DNA of 44,285 bases from an archaeon (GCA_043819075.1 JBDRFE010000019.1:1-44285); one strand, 5' to 3'. Shown: positions 18,005 through 27,160, counted from the first letter of the stretch. Numbers and translations are program-made. Notes: generated from the letters alone by a model not told the origin.

Positions 18005-19064
18005 AAATTGAGCCTAATCCAAAACCTGTTTTTGTTCTTTCGTTTTTCCTGTCAAAGTTTATTCCTTTGATGTCTTTTGAAGAAATGCCGGTGAAAATTG
18101 ATATTACTTCAATTTTGTTTGAAAAAGTTGGGTCAATTCTTGCTCCCCAGATAACTGAAGCTTTGGGATCAATGCTTTCAGTTAACTGTTCTCCTACTGC
18201 ATTTGCTTCTCCTAAAGTTAATTCTGGTCCGCCTGTAATATGAATCAAGCAGCCTGTTGCGCCAGAAATATCTACGTCCAGTAAAGAATTTTTGAGTGTT
18301 TCTTCTACGACTTCGTTGACTCTGTTATTGGATTTTGCTTCTCCTACTGCAATAACGCTTAATCCCCTGTTTTCCATTACGCTTCTGACGTCAGCGAAGT
18401 CTAAGTTAATTAAAGAAGGCTGGGTTATTGTTTCTGTTATTCCTCTGACAGTTCTTGCTGTGACTTCGTCTGCTACTTTGAATGCATCTTGTATTGGCAG
18501 ATTCGGCACTAATTCAACTAACCTGTTGTTGTCAATTATTATTACGCTGTCGCTGACTGCAGTTAATTTGTCTAGTCCTTCTTCTGCTTTAATTAATCTT
18601 GCTTTTTCTAATGCAAAAGGATAGGTTACAATTGAAATCACTATTGCGCCCTGTGCTTTTGCTATTTCAGCTATTATTGGTGCAGAGCCTGTTCCTGTTC
18701 CTCCGCCCATTCCGGCTGAAATAAACAATAAATCTATTTCGTTTAATACTTCTTCTAATGCTTTTCTTGAAACTTCTGCGGCTTTTGCCCCTATTTCAGG
18801 GTATCCTCCTGCTCCAAGGCCTCTTGTAACGCTTTTTCCTATCAGGATTTTAGTTAATTCGTCGTTTATTATGGACAAGTGCTGTTTGTCTGTGTTTACT
18901 GCCACTAGTTGTGCGCCGGAAACATGCATGTTTGCAACCCTGTTAACTGTGTTGCATCCAGCTCCTCCGGTTCCAATAACCATTATTCTTGGCGCAAGGA
19001 ATTCAGTGTCCTTTTCGCTGTTTTTTGGAGTTGAATTTAATGCGTTTTCAATAAAAGATTTCAT
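18003..19064 (-). CDS. ftsZ: Cell division protein FtsZ
   Basis: GTGGAGCN, GLGAGG, AGMGGGTGTG, INLDFADVRS, IWGARID. Confidence 0.97.
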   Translation of the reverse strand: MKSFIENALNSTPKNSEKDTEFLAPRIMVIGTGGAGCNTVNRVANMHVSGAQLVAVNTDKQHLSIINDELTKILIGKSVTRGLGAGGYPEIGAKAAEVSRKALEEVLNEIDLLFISAGMGGGTGTGSAPIIAEIAKAQGAIVISIVTYPFALEKARLIKAEEGLDKLTAVSDSVIIIDNNRLVELVPNLPIQDAFKVADEVTARTVRGITETITQPSLINLDFADVRSVMENRGLSVIAVGEAKSNNRVNEVVEETLKNSLLDVDISGATGCLIHITGGPELTLGEANAVGEQLTESIDPKASVIWGARIDPTFSNKIEVISIFTGISSKDIKGINFDRKNERTKTGFGLGSI

Positions 19065-19171
19065 TTACATCCCCCTTTTCCTGCAAAAATAACTATATTA
19101 TAAAAAAAAGGGATTATAAACCATTCATTTTTTGGCTGGAAAAGTTTTTTTGAAGGTTTTTTTATTTTAAG

Positions 19172-20581
19172 TCATTTTTTTGGCTTGTCTTTTAAGTCAA
19201 ACCTGATTATTTTAGATGAATTGCTTGCAAAAACATAGTCCATGAAACTGCATTCTGCTTCAAGCAATCCGTTCCTGTAAGTCGTTGAATTCATTCCTGC
19301 ATTGAATACAAAAAAATATTCTGCATTAAATTTTTCTGCTTGGGAAAAAATTTTGTTGCAGTCAGAGCTTGAAGTAATTTCTTTCATTGCATTGTTTCTT
19401 TCATCTAATTCAGGAGCAAATTCAAAGTAGCCGTCGATTACAACTTTTCTTTTTGCGAGTTCAGCTAATGCATGCCCTCTGTCCCAAGAAGAAAAAATGC
19501 TTGAGTTTTTATCAGAGAATTCTTCCAGCCAAGTCATTGCAGTTTTTTCAGTTAAAGTAAAAGCTGTTCCAGCATACTGTGTCTGCGGAACAAAAAGCAT
19601 TAATCCCATGAACAAAATTAAAACAAAAAACACTTTAGTGTAAGGCCTTATTTTTTCAAACACAATAGAAAAGCCTTTTCCTGCAAGGATTGCTGCAGGA
19701 AAAGAAACAAAAATGCCTAATCTTGTCCCGAATACCCCGTAAAATAATTCGAATGCAAACCATAAAACAAGAAACAAATTTTTTTTCTCTGACTTGAATA
19801 CTGCGATTAAAATAAACGCCCAGGAAAACAGCATTAAATACATTTGCGTGAACAGGGTTGATTTAGCCATTTCACTTGACTCAAATGAAACTCTTGAAAC
19901 ATATTCAGTGAAATGGTATGGCAGGGAATTCAGCCATAAAAGAAAGACTAAAACCATTCCTTCAATTATTACAAAAATTTTTTTTGCTTCAACTTCAATT
20001 TTTTTTACTTTAGCTAAAATAATCCATAAAAGCAAAAACAGGATGAGGTTAAAGGATGAAAGAGGGTGCAGTAAAATCTGTACGATTCCAAGCAAGCCTG
20101 CTGTCCTGTATTTTTTGCAGTAAATTAAGTAAATTATTGCAGGAATAAAAAGCAATGCTAATCCATCAGGTCTTACATTTCCTGCTGTCCTGATAATGTG
20201 GTAAAACATTGTTGCAAGAAAAAACGCTGCATATAATCCGGTTTTTGTGTCAAAAATTTTTCTTGCAAAAACAAAAACCAGAAAAATTCCCATTAAACCG
20301 TATGCAATTGAAAACAAGTGAATCAGCAAGTCTGTTTGTATTCCTGAAAGCAAATGCAGTTCAGCGAAAGTTACGTGAAATAATGGTGCATAAGAATAAT
20401 ATCTTCCCTGCATTGAAAGTTCATCATAAACCGGAACCCTTTGCTCTGCTATAACCTGTTCTGTCATCCTTAAATGAAAAAAATTATCCGGTTCGCCGAA
20501 TGCGTCAAACAACAGCCCAGGGCTTCTTAAAAGAAATCCGAGGAAAACAATTAACAATAATACGATGAAGACTTTTTTCAT
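19172..20581 (-). CDS. AglB/STT3-like GT-C glycosyltransferase (short paralog)
   Basis: EPDNFFHLR near the N terminus, RPDG, many TM helices, and SSWDRGH (WWDYG-like) in the soluble C-domain. Confidence 0.65.
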   Translation of the reverse strand: MKKVFIVLLLIVFLGFLLRSPGLLFDAFGEPDNFFHLRMTEQVIAEQRVPVYDELSMQGRYYSYAPLFHVTFAELHLLSGIQTDLLIHLFSIAYGLMGIFLVFVFARKIFDTKTGLYAAFFLATMFYHIIRTAGNVRPDGLALLFIPAIIYLIYCKKYRTAGLLGIVQILLHPLSSFNLILFLLLWIILAKVKKIEVEAKKIFVIIEGMVLVFLLWLNSLPYHFTEYVSRVSFESSEMAKSTLFTQMYLMLFSWAFILIAVFKSEKKNLFLVLWFAFELFYGVFGTRLGIFVSFPAAILAGKGFSIVFEKIRPYTKVFFVLILFMGLMLFVPQTQYAGTAFTLTEKTAMTWLEEFSDKNSSIFSSWDRGHALAELAKRKVVIDGYFEFAPELDERNNAMKEITSSSDCNKIFSQAEKFNAEYFFVFNAGMNSTTYRNGLLEAECSFMDYVFASNSSKIIRFDLKDKPKK

Positions 20582-21066
20582 TCAACCACTAAAGCGCTTC
20601 TTTCAATAAAAAAATTGTTTACAGAAGAATAAAAATCTTCGCCAAAAGCATTTAACGGAATTTTTTCTTTTATTGCAAGCTTTTTCAGCCTTTTCAGTGA
20701 ACTGATTTTTTCTTTTTTTAAGCCGATTAATTCACTTATTTTTTTTGCGGTTTCATCCGCTTTTTTTTTGTTTTTTGCGACAGCAATAAGGCATGCTTTT
20801 TTTGTGTTATCTAATTCAATCCTGTTTTTTGCCTGGGTTAGCTGTTTTTCTCCTGTTAATTTCATTAAAAAATCACTTACTTTAAAGCCTTTTCCTGCGA
20901 AAATGCAGTGCTTTAAGTGATTTTCTGTTGGAGTGCAGTTTAAGCTGAACAGCACGAAAAGGCTTTTTTCTTTTAACGTAATAGTTTTTATACTTTTAGC
21001 AATAGAATTTAATCTGATTTTGCCTGCTTTTATCGCAAAAAATAAGTTGTTTTTTTTGTATATCAT
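20578..21066 (-). CDS. cgi121: KEOPS complex subunit Cgi121-like protein
   Basis: Size fits; FLMKLTGEKQLTQA and C-terminal IERSAL resemble Cgi121 motifs. Confidence 0.6.
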   Translation of the reverse strand: MIYKKNNLFFAIKAGKIRLNSIAKSIKTITLKEKSLFVLFSLNCTPTENHLKHCIFAGKGFKVSDFLMKLTGEKQLTQAKNRIELDNTKKACLIAVAKNKKKADETAKKISELIGLKKEKISSLKRLKKLAIKEKIPLNAFGEDFYSSVNNFFIERSALVVE

Positions 21067-21120
21067 GGCAATAAATTTAGTGGTTTAATCTTTAAAAGGT
21101 GAACTAAGAAAGGTGTTTGA

Positions 21121-21741
21121 ATGGTTCAATGGCATATGAAATCTGACAGAAAAGTTTCAGGCGGAAGAAGAAGGACTCACAGGAGAAGCACTAAAAAGCT
21201 TGCCTGGAGAGGTGGATTGTTTTCTGAAACAAAGTTAGCTGAAAAACAAGAAGTTGTTTCAGTTAAAGGAAGAGGCAATTCAATGAAAAACCAGTTAAGG
21301 AATGCAGTTAATGCCAATGTATTGGATCCTGCAACCAAAAAAACTTCTGTTGCAAAAATTCTTACAATACTTGAAAACAATGCCAACAGGCAGTATGCAA
21401 GAAGAAATATTATTACTAAAGGGGCAGTGCTTGAAGTTGAATTAAACGGAAAAAAACATGCTAAAGTTACTTCCAGGCCAGGGCAGAGCGGAGTCATTAA
21501 TGCTGTTTTAATTGATTCTTTTGAAGGAAAAAAAACTAAAGCCAAAAAAATAAGAACAGAAAAACACAAAAAAGAGCCAAAACAAGCTTTTGAAAAAAGC
21601 TTGGGCAAAAACAGTTCAGCTTCGCTGAACACAAAAGAAGAGCCTTCTGAAAAACTGGAAAAAAAAGAACATTCAAAAGAAGAAAAAAAACCTGATGCAA
21701 AAGAAAAAAAAGAATCCAAAAAAACCGAATCCAAAGAATAA
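21121..21741 (+). CDS. rps8e: 30S ribosomal protein S8e with long Lys/Glu-rich C-terminal extension
   Basis: SDRKVSGG, RRNIITKGA, AKVTSRPGQSGVINAVL, then about 75 extra charged residues. Confidence 0.95.
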   Translation: MVQWHMKSDRKVSGGRRRTHRRSTKKLAWRGGLFSETKLAEKQEVVSVKGRGNSMKNQLRNAVNANVLDPATKKTSVAKILTILENNANRQYARRNIITKGAVLEVELNGKKHAKVTSRPGQSGVINAVLIDSFEGKKTKAKKIRTEKHKKEPKQAFEKSLGKNSSASLNTKEEPSEKLEKKEHSKEEKKPDAKEKKESKKTESKE

Positions 21742-21825
21742 CTGAAAAAACAGCTAAAACAGGGAACTAAATTCTTTTTTTCTTTTTTACAGCCCTTTAA
21801 AATAGTTTTTTTACTGAATTTTACC

Positions 21826-22938
21826 GTGAAGTGGAGAAAGAAACTAAAAAAAGAGAATATTGTTACAATAGATGAATTAAAAAAATATGTTTCTCTTTCA
21901 AAAAAACAGGAAAAACTCCTAAAAAAGGCTGCTGACATTCATCCAATGAGCATAACAAAATATTATTTTTCTTTGATTGACTGGAAAGACAAAAACGATC
22001 CAATAAAAAATTTAGTTGTTCCGTCTGAAGATGAACTTGATTTGCATGGAATATATGATACAAGCGGAGAACACGATAACACTAAATCAGTCGGATTACA
22101 GCACAAGTATGCTGAAACTGCACTGCTTTTGTCAACTAACAGGTGTGCGGCTTACTGCAGATTCTGTTTCAGGAAAAGATTAGTTGGATTATCAAACGAG
22201 GAAATCCTCAAAAGATTTGATGAAGCCGTAAAATACATTAAAGAGCACACTGAAATCAATAATGTTTTAATCAGCGGCGGCGACCCGTTAACTTTGCCGA
22301 CTGAAGTAATTGAAAAACTCTTAAAAATGCTTTCAAGAATAGACCATCTTGATTTCATCAGATTTGGCTCCAGGGTTCCGGTTGTTTTTCCTGAAAGGAT
22401 TTCAAAAGACAGGGAACTGCTTGCTTTATTCAAAAAATATTCAACAAAAAAAAGAAGGATTTACATTGTAACTCATTTTAATCATCCAAGAGAAATAACT
22501 TTTCAGTCAATTAATGGAATAGACTCTCTAATTAAATCAAATGTTATTGTAAACAACCAGACTGTATTGCTTAAAGGCGTTAACGATGATTCTGAAGTGT
22601 TAGCTGAATTAATGAATAAGCTGGTTTCCATTGGCGTTAATCCTTATTATGTTTTTCAGTGCCGTCCTGTGAAAAGAGTCGTGCATCATTTTCAGGTGCC
22701 ATTTTATTATAGCTGCAGGCTTGTTGATAACGCAAGAAAAAAGCTTAACGGCCATGCAAAAAGATTCAAGTTTGTAATGTCTCATAAAAGAGGCAAAATA
22801 GAGATTTTAGGAATTAAAGGCAAATACATTTTATTCAAACAACATCAGGCAAAAGACCCTGAATTAATCGGGCAAATCTTCAAAAGAAAACTGGACAGAA
22901 CTTCTGGCTGGCTTAATGACTCGCTTAAAATGTATTGA
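21826..22938 (+). CDS. KamA-family radical SAM/PLP 2,3-aminomutase
   Basis: GLQHKY, CAAYCRFCFRKR, VLISGGDPL, THFNHPRE, NQTVLLKGVND, PYYVFQ; GTG start. Confidence 0.9.
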   Translation: MKWRKKLKKENIVTIDELKKYVSLSKKQEKLLKKAADIHPMSITKYYFSLIDWKDKNDPIKNLVVPSEDELDLHGIYDTSGEHDNTKSVGLQHKYAETALLLSTNRCAAYCRFCFRKRLVGLSNEEILKRFDEAVKYIKEHTEINNVLISGGDPLTLPTEVIEKLLKMLSRIDHLDFIRFGSRVPVVFPERISKDRELLALFKKYSTKKRRIYIVTHFNHPREITFQSINGIDSLIKSNVIVNNQTVLLKGVNDDSEVLAELMNKLVSIGVNPYYVFQCRPVKRVVHHFQVPFYYSCRLVDNARKKLNGHAKRFKFVMSHKRGKIEILGIKGKYILFKQHQAKDPELIGQIFKRKLDRTSGWLNDSLKMY

Positions 22939-22956
22939 CTTGTTTGCTTAAAAAAT

Positions 22957-24201
22957 TCAGATAACTTTTTCCATGAATTTTGGCAGAACAAAAGCCGCTT
23001 TATGGATTTCTTTTGAGTAATACTTTAGGTTTCCTTTAAGTTTTTTTGTTTTTGCATCCAATGGATTGAATTTTTTGCTTGCAAACCCGAATCCAATTGA
23101 ACCAGAAGGATAACTTGGGGTTAAAACATAATAGTAGCCGAATTTTGGGAACACTTCTTTTATTCTTTTTGACACCATGCTGACTATTTTTGGGTCATAA
23201 AAAAAGCTCTGCAATTGGTTAACCATTATCCCGTCTTTTTTCAGTGAATTAAACACTAGTTTATAGAATTTTGTGCTGAACAATATTTTTCCTGGCCCTA
23301 CTGGGTCGGTTGAATCAACTATTATTACATCATAATAGTTTTTTCTTCCCTGCAAGAACTTGAATCCGTCTTCGTGGAACACACTTAATCTTTTGTCTTT
23401 TAATCCTTTGGCTGTGAATGGCAGGAATTTTTTTGATGCAATTAAAACTTCTTCATCTAAATCGCATAAATGAACTTCTTTTACATCAGAGTGTTTTTCT
23501 ATTTCTCTTGCAACTCCGCCGTCTGCTCCGCCGATAACCAAGACATTTTCTGGTTTTGGGTGTACATGAAGGGCGGGATGTGAAATCATTTCTTGATAGG
23601 TGAATTCGTCTGCTTCAGTTAATTGTATTGCCCCGTCTAATACAAGCATTTTGCCGAAGGCTTTTGTTTTGTATACTTCTATTTGCTGGTAAGGGCTTTT
23701 TTTTGAGTAAAGCGGTTTTGCTTTTAATGCAAGCGATATTCCTTTATTGAATTCAAGTGTTTCAAAAAACCAGTCCCTGAGGTTTGGGATTTCCAAATTT
23801 TTTTGTTCTTTTGCCCAGGGCATTCTTCTTACAGTATAGTATGCTTCAGTTCTGTCTGCTTCAAAAAACTTTTTTGTGAATTCTTCTACTTCTTTTGGGT
23901 CATAGTATTTGCAGCTGAATATATCGATGTAAGCTGAATTCGTTTGTTCTGCGAAATGCCCGCTAATCATTGAGGTTTCAATTAACTGTGACATTGAATA
24001 GCCTTTGACTCTTTCTTCGTCGCCGAACCTTACTGTAACTGTTTCGCCGAATCTTTTCATGTCAATTCTTTTGCATAATTTTTTTACGTATTCTTTGATG
24101 TCTTCTTCTGAGCGGATTTTTTTTGGATTGCAGCCAAACAAGTCCACGCTTGTAAGCATTCCCCAAGCTCTTCCTGCTTTGAATTCATCTACGAACTGCA
24201 T
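22957..24201 (-). CDS. speE: Fused S-adenosylmethionine decarboxylase (SpeD) and spermidine synthase (SpeE)
   Basis: N-part IETSMISGHF (pyruvoyl cleavage site) and YIDIFSCK; C-part SPYQQI, LDGAIQLTE.DEF.YQEMISH, VLVIGGADGG, DVIIVDSTDP. Confidence 0.9.
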   Translation of the reverse strand: MQFVDEFKAGRAWGMLTSVDLFGCNPKKIRSEEDIKEYVKKLCKRIDMKRFGETVTVRFGDEERVKGYSMSQLIETSMISGHFAEQTNSAYIDIFSCKYYDPKEVEEFTKKFFEADRTEAYYTVRRMPWAKEQKNLEIPNLRDWFFETLEFNKGISLALKAKPLYSKKSPYQQIEVYKTKAFGKMLVLDGAIQLTEADEFTYQEMISHPALHVHPKPENVLVIGGADGGVAREIEKHSDVKEVHLCDLDEEVLIASKKFLPFTAKGLKDKRLSVFHEDGFKFLQGRKNYYDVIIVDSTDPVGPGKILFSTKFYKLVFNSLKKDGIMVNQLQSFFYDPKIVSMVSKRIKEVFPKFGYYYVLTPSYPSGSIGFGFASKKFNPLDAKTKKLKGNLKYYSKEIHKAAFVLPKFMEKVI

Positions 24202-24433
24202 TTTAATTACCTCTTTACAAGAAATTTTTTCAAAAAAGTGTTTTAAGAATTTTTATAATTTAAGGACATATTATTGGTTTCTGAACATATTATTAATTTA
24301 TTGCAGAAAATTCTTTTTTTTTACTCTAATTTTTTTGGTTCCCTGAATCTTCTTCTCCATTGGATTGTTTTTGGTTTTGTTTTCATGCAATAACCTTGTT
24401 TCAACCAATTTTTTAAGTTTTGCCTGCAAAAAC

Positions 24434-25357
24434 CTATTTTTTCTTTGCTTTTTGTTTTTCCATTTCTTTTAATATCTGAGAGCCTAATCCTGCCGCTCCA
24501 AGTGTTTCCATGCTTTTTGCAAAGTCTGTTGGAATTAAAATCATTAAAGAGTTTTGTTCTGCTCCGATTTCCTGCCAGGTCTGTAACTGCCTTAACTGCA
24601 TTCCTGCAGGGCTTTTCATCATAATGTTTGCTGCTCTTTCAAACTTTGATGCAGCTTCTTCTTCTGCGCTTGCTTTGATTAATCTTGCTTTTTTTTCTCT
24701 TGAAGCTTCTGCTTCTTTTGCCATTGCTCTTTTCAGCATTTCTGGCAGTACAACGTCTTTGATTTCAACGTTGGTTACATTTATTCCCCATGGGTCTGTT
24801 GCCTTGTCTAATATTGTCTGAATGTCTTTTCCTATTTCTTCTTTTTTTGTTAGCAATCTGTCTAAATCGGATTTTCCGACTATGTCTCTTAAGGTTGTCT
24901 GAGCCATTTTAACTGATGCATTAGCATAATCTTCTACGTTCATTATTGCTTTTTCCGGGTTAACTATTTTATAGTATACTACTGCGTCAACTTCAACTGG
25001 TACAGAGTCAGCGCTCATTATTTCTTGTGGCGGTACATCCCATACTCTTGTCCTTAAATCAACTTTAAATGTTTGCTCGAATATGGGGACAATAAAAAAC
25101 ATTCCTGCCCCGACTTTTCTTGAAAACTTTCCTAATCTTAAAATTATTACTCTTTCCCATTCAGCGGCAATTTTTATTGCACTCATTAAAATTAATCCTA
25201 AAAGAATTCCAAGCACTCCCAGCACGGAATTCACGAATGTCAGAACAAAAAAAGACAAAAAAATTACTATTAATCCAATTATTACTCCGACTGGAGTTGC
25301 GCCTCTGCTTGAAGTGTAACTAAAATTGTTTCCCTGAAAATCATTGTATCCCTTCAT
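24434..25357 (-). CDS. SPFH/stomatin (band 7, slipin) membrane protein
   Basis: ERVIILRLG, VDLRT, VDAVVYY, AQTTLRDIVG, PWGINVTNVEIKD, AMAKEAEA. Start re-called to ATG 25357. Confidence 0.92.
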   Translation of the reverse strand: MKGYNDFQGNNFSYTSSRGATPVGVIIGLIVIFLSFFVLTFVNSVLGVLGILLGLILMSAIKIAAEWERVIILRLGKFSRKVGAGMFFIVPIFEQTFKVDLRTRVWDVPPQEIMSADSVPVEVDAVVYYKIVNPEKAIMNVEDYANASVKMAQTTLRDIVGKSDLDRLLTKKEEIGKDIQTILDKATDPWGINVTNVEIKDVVLPEMLKRAMAKEAEASREKKARLIKASAEEEAASKFERAANIMMKSPAGMQLRQLQTWQEIGAEQNSLMILIPTDFAKSMETLGAAGLGSQILKEMEKQKAKKK

Positions 25358-25527
25358 TTTAATGCCCCCTTCCCATAAAACTGTTCTGCCTACATTATTT
25401 AAGTATTTTTGTTGTCGCGATTTCTCGCTCATAATAGTTTTTTACTTTGAAAACAATGCAAAAAAAGCAATAATCGTGACAGCGTGAACTTTCTTTTTTT
25501 TTGTTCAAGAATCAGTTAAAAATAAAT

Positions 25528-25749
25528 CGCCCTGGCCGGGAATCGAACCCGAGTCACAGCCTTTCCGCCCCTTTTTTTTCTTTTCATAAAGAAAAAAAGG
25601 TGTAGGTTGCCCCAAAAAAAGAAAATGGAAATCAAAAACGTTTTTTTAAAACCTTTTTTCTTTTTGGACAACTTATACTTTTTCTTTTTTGGAAAAAAGA
25701 AAAAGGACAGTTTGACAGGGCCGTATCCTAACCGCTAGACTACCAGGGC
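25528..25749 (-). tRNA. tRNA-Asp(GTC) with 150-nt intron at position 37/38 (intron 25563-25712)
   Basis: Exon 1 (25749-25713) GCCCTGGTAGTCTAGCGGTTAGGATACGGCCCTGTCA; exon 2 (25562-25528) AGGCTGTGACTCGGGTTCGATTCCCGGCCAGGGCG. Full cloverleaf; central BHB helix CUGU/GCGG; CCA not encoded. Confidence 0.93.
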
Positions 25750-25836
25750 AGTTTTAATTAAACGACCTTTAAAGAAAGTTCCAGAAAAAGCTTTAAAAAA
25801 GAATAAGAATTAAGGAAAATAAAAAAGGAAGGAGCA

Positions 25837-26556
25837 TTACGCTCCGTAAAGTTCTTGGATTCCTGTAATGTCTCCTGAATTCAGAGTTCTCTTGTAGGTT
25901 TCTCCTTCAGAGCTGTAGCCAAACATGGTTTCCCAGTAACAAGAAGAATTATATAGGTCAGCTAATCCGGCTGAATGGCCTAATTCATGTGTGGCAATAT
26001 TCTGCAAGTCCATTAAAGCAGAATCAATTTCAGCGTTGCCCCAAGAATATTGGTCATTTAATTGCATGTCCCATTCAACTATTTCTCTTGTTGAAGGTTT
26101 TCCTCCAAAATAACCCCAAACATTTGTTACTCCAATAACATTAGGGCTAAAGTCAAAACCAAAAGAAACAGTATTCATGTTGTCTGTTGCTGCATCATTG
26201 AATTCAGCGTTATAATCCAAAAAACTGTTCCCAAAAATGTTTCCTCCAAAAGCCTCCCATTCTGTTATTCCTGCATCAACTGCATTCTTGACAAAATCAG
26301 CGTTTAAAGCATCATCATTCACTGGATTAATGTAATAGTCTTCAACTGTTTTCCATTTTGCTCCTTTAGAGATAAAAGAATAGCAACTATTATTTTGAGG
26401 TTTGCCTGGATTTTCTGGTTTTACTTCAAATATTTTTTTTCCATCCTTGTAATGGATTATTTTCACTTTTTCTAAAGACCCTCTATCTGGATTAAAAGCA
26501 AAACTAAAACCTAAAATCAGCGTGAAACAAATTAAAGTAATAAATATTTTTCTCAT
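25837..26556 (-). CDS. Secreted matrixin (M10/metzincin) metalloprotease
   Basis: Signal peptide; HELGHSAGLAD zinc motif; Met-turn ETMFGY; DITGIQELYG. Confidence 0.9.
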   Translation of the reverse strand: MRKIFITLICFTLILGFSFAFNPDRGSLEKVKIIHYKDGKKIFEVKPENPGKPQNNSCYSFISKGAKWKTVEDYYINPVNDDALNADFVKNAVDAGITEWEAFGGNIFGNSFLDYNAEFNDAATDNMNTVSFGFDFSPNVIGVTNVWGYFGGKPSTREIVEWDMQLNDQYSWGNAEIDSALMDLQNIATHELGHSAGLADLYNSSCYWETMFGYSSEGETYKRTLNSGDITGIQELYGA

Positions 26557-26652
26557 TTTCTCCCTCCTTTAAAGAATTCTAATATTATGTTGTTTCAACG
26601 TAGTTAATTTAATTTTCTATAGAGATTTAAAAAAGAATAAGCAGAAAGGCTT

Positions 26653-26889
26653 TTACTCTGAAAGCCCTAAAGCTTCGTCAATTGCCTGCCTGTTAAAGCC
26701 GACAATAATTTTTCCGTTAATGTCAATAACCGGAACGCCTTGCTGGCCAGATTTTTCAACCATTTCATGGCCTTTTTCATGGTCTTTTGAAACATCAATG
26801 TCCTGGAAATCAATTCCTTTTTCTCTGAAATAGTCTTTAGCCATATGACAGTAAGGGCAGGTTTGGGTTGAATAAACTATTACACTCAT
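26653..26889 (-). CDS. Glutaredoxin/NrdH-like redoxin
   Basis: VYSTQTCPYC, GQQGVPVI, IVGF; SD GGAGG before ATG 26889. Confidence 0.92.
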   Translation of the reverse strand: MSVIVYSTQTCPYCHMAKDYFREKGIDFQDIDVSKDHEKGHEMVEKSGQQGVPVIDINGKIIVGFNRQAIDEALGLSE

Positions 26890-26902
26890 TTTTTTTCCTC
26901 CT

Positions 26903-27160
26903 TTATTTTTCAAGCTGTCTTGCAGTGTTTAAAAGCAATGCAACCTTTTTTTTGTTCAAAACAATGCATTCAGTTTTTTTTCCTTTTTTGTGAATGCCGA
27001 TAAGGTTTGCTTCCCTTAACTCTTTTAAATGCCTTGAAACAGTTGACGGGTCAAGACCGATTTTCTTTGAAATAACTTCATTGCAGTTTTTTCCGCCTTT
27101 AAGAAGTATTTCAAGGAGTTTAACTTTAGAGTCGCATGAAAGGGCTTTAAACACTTGCAT
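26903..27160 (-). CDS. ArsR/SmtB-family transcriptional regulator
   Basis: VFKALS..KVKLLEIL, STVSRHLKELREANLI. Confidence 0.88.
   Translation of the reverse strand: MQVFKALSCDSKVKLLEILLKGGKNCNEVISKKIGLDPSTVSRHLKELREANLIGIHKKGKKTECIVLNKKKVALLLNTARQLEK

Noticed and set aside
21177..21938. 253-aa minus-strand ORF
   Set aside because: Phe/Ser-rich antisense shadow of the Lys/Glu-rich rpS8e; the many other short antisense ORFs in the track were dismissed for the same reason.
24321..24386. 21-aa basic ORF (MKTKPKTIQWRRRFREPKKLE) upstream of speD-speE as a polyamine-sensing leader
   Set aside because: It ends about 120 bp before the gene and has no clear SD or other support; probably chance.
25563..25712. 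Group I intron or C/D-box guide inside the tRNA introns
   Set aside because: No recognisable catalytic-core elements or RUGAUGA/CUGA box pair; the junctions fit endonuclease (BHB-type) splicing at 37/38.
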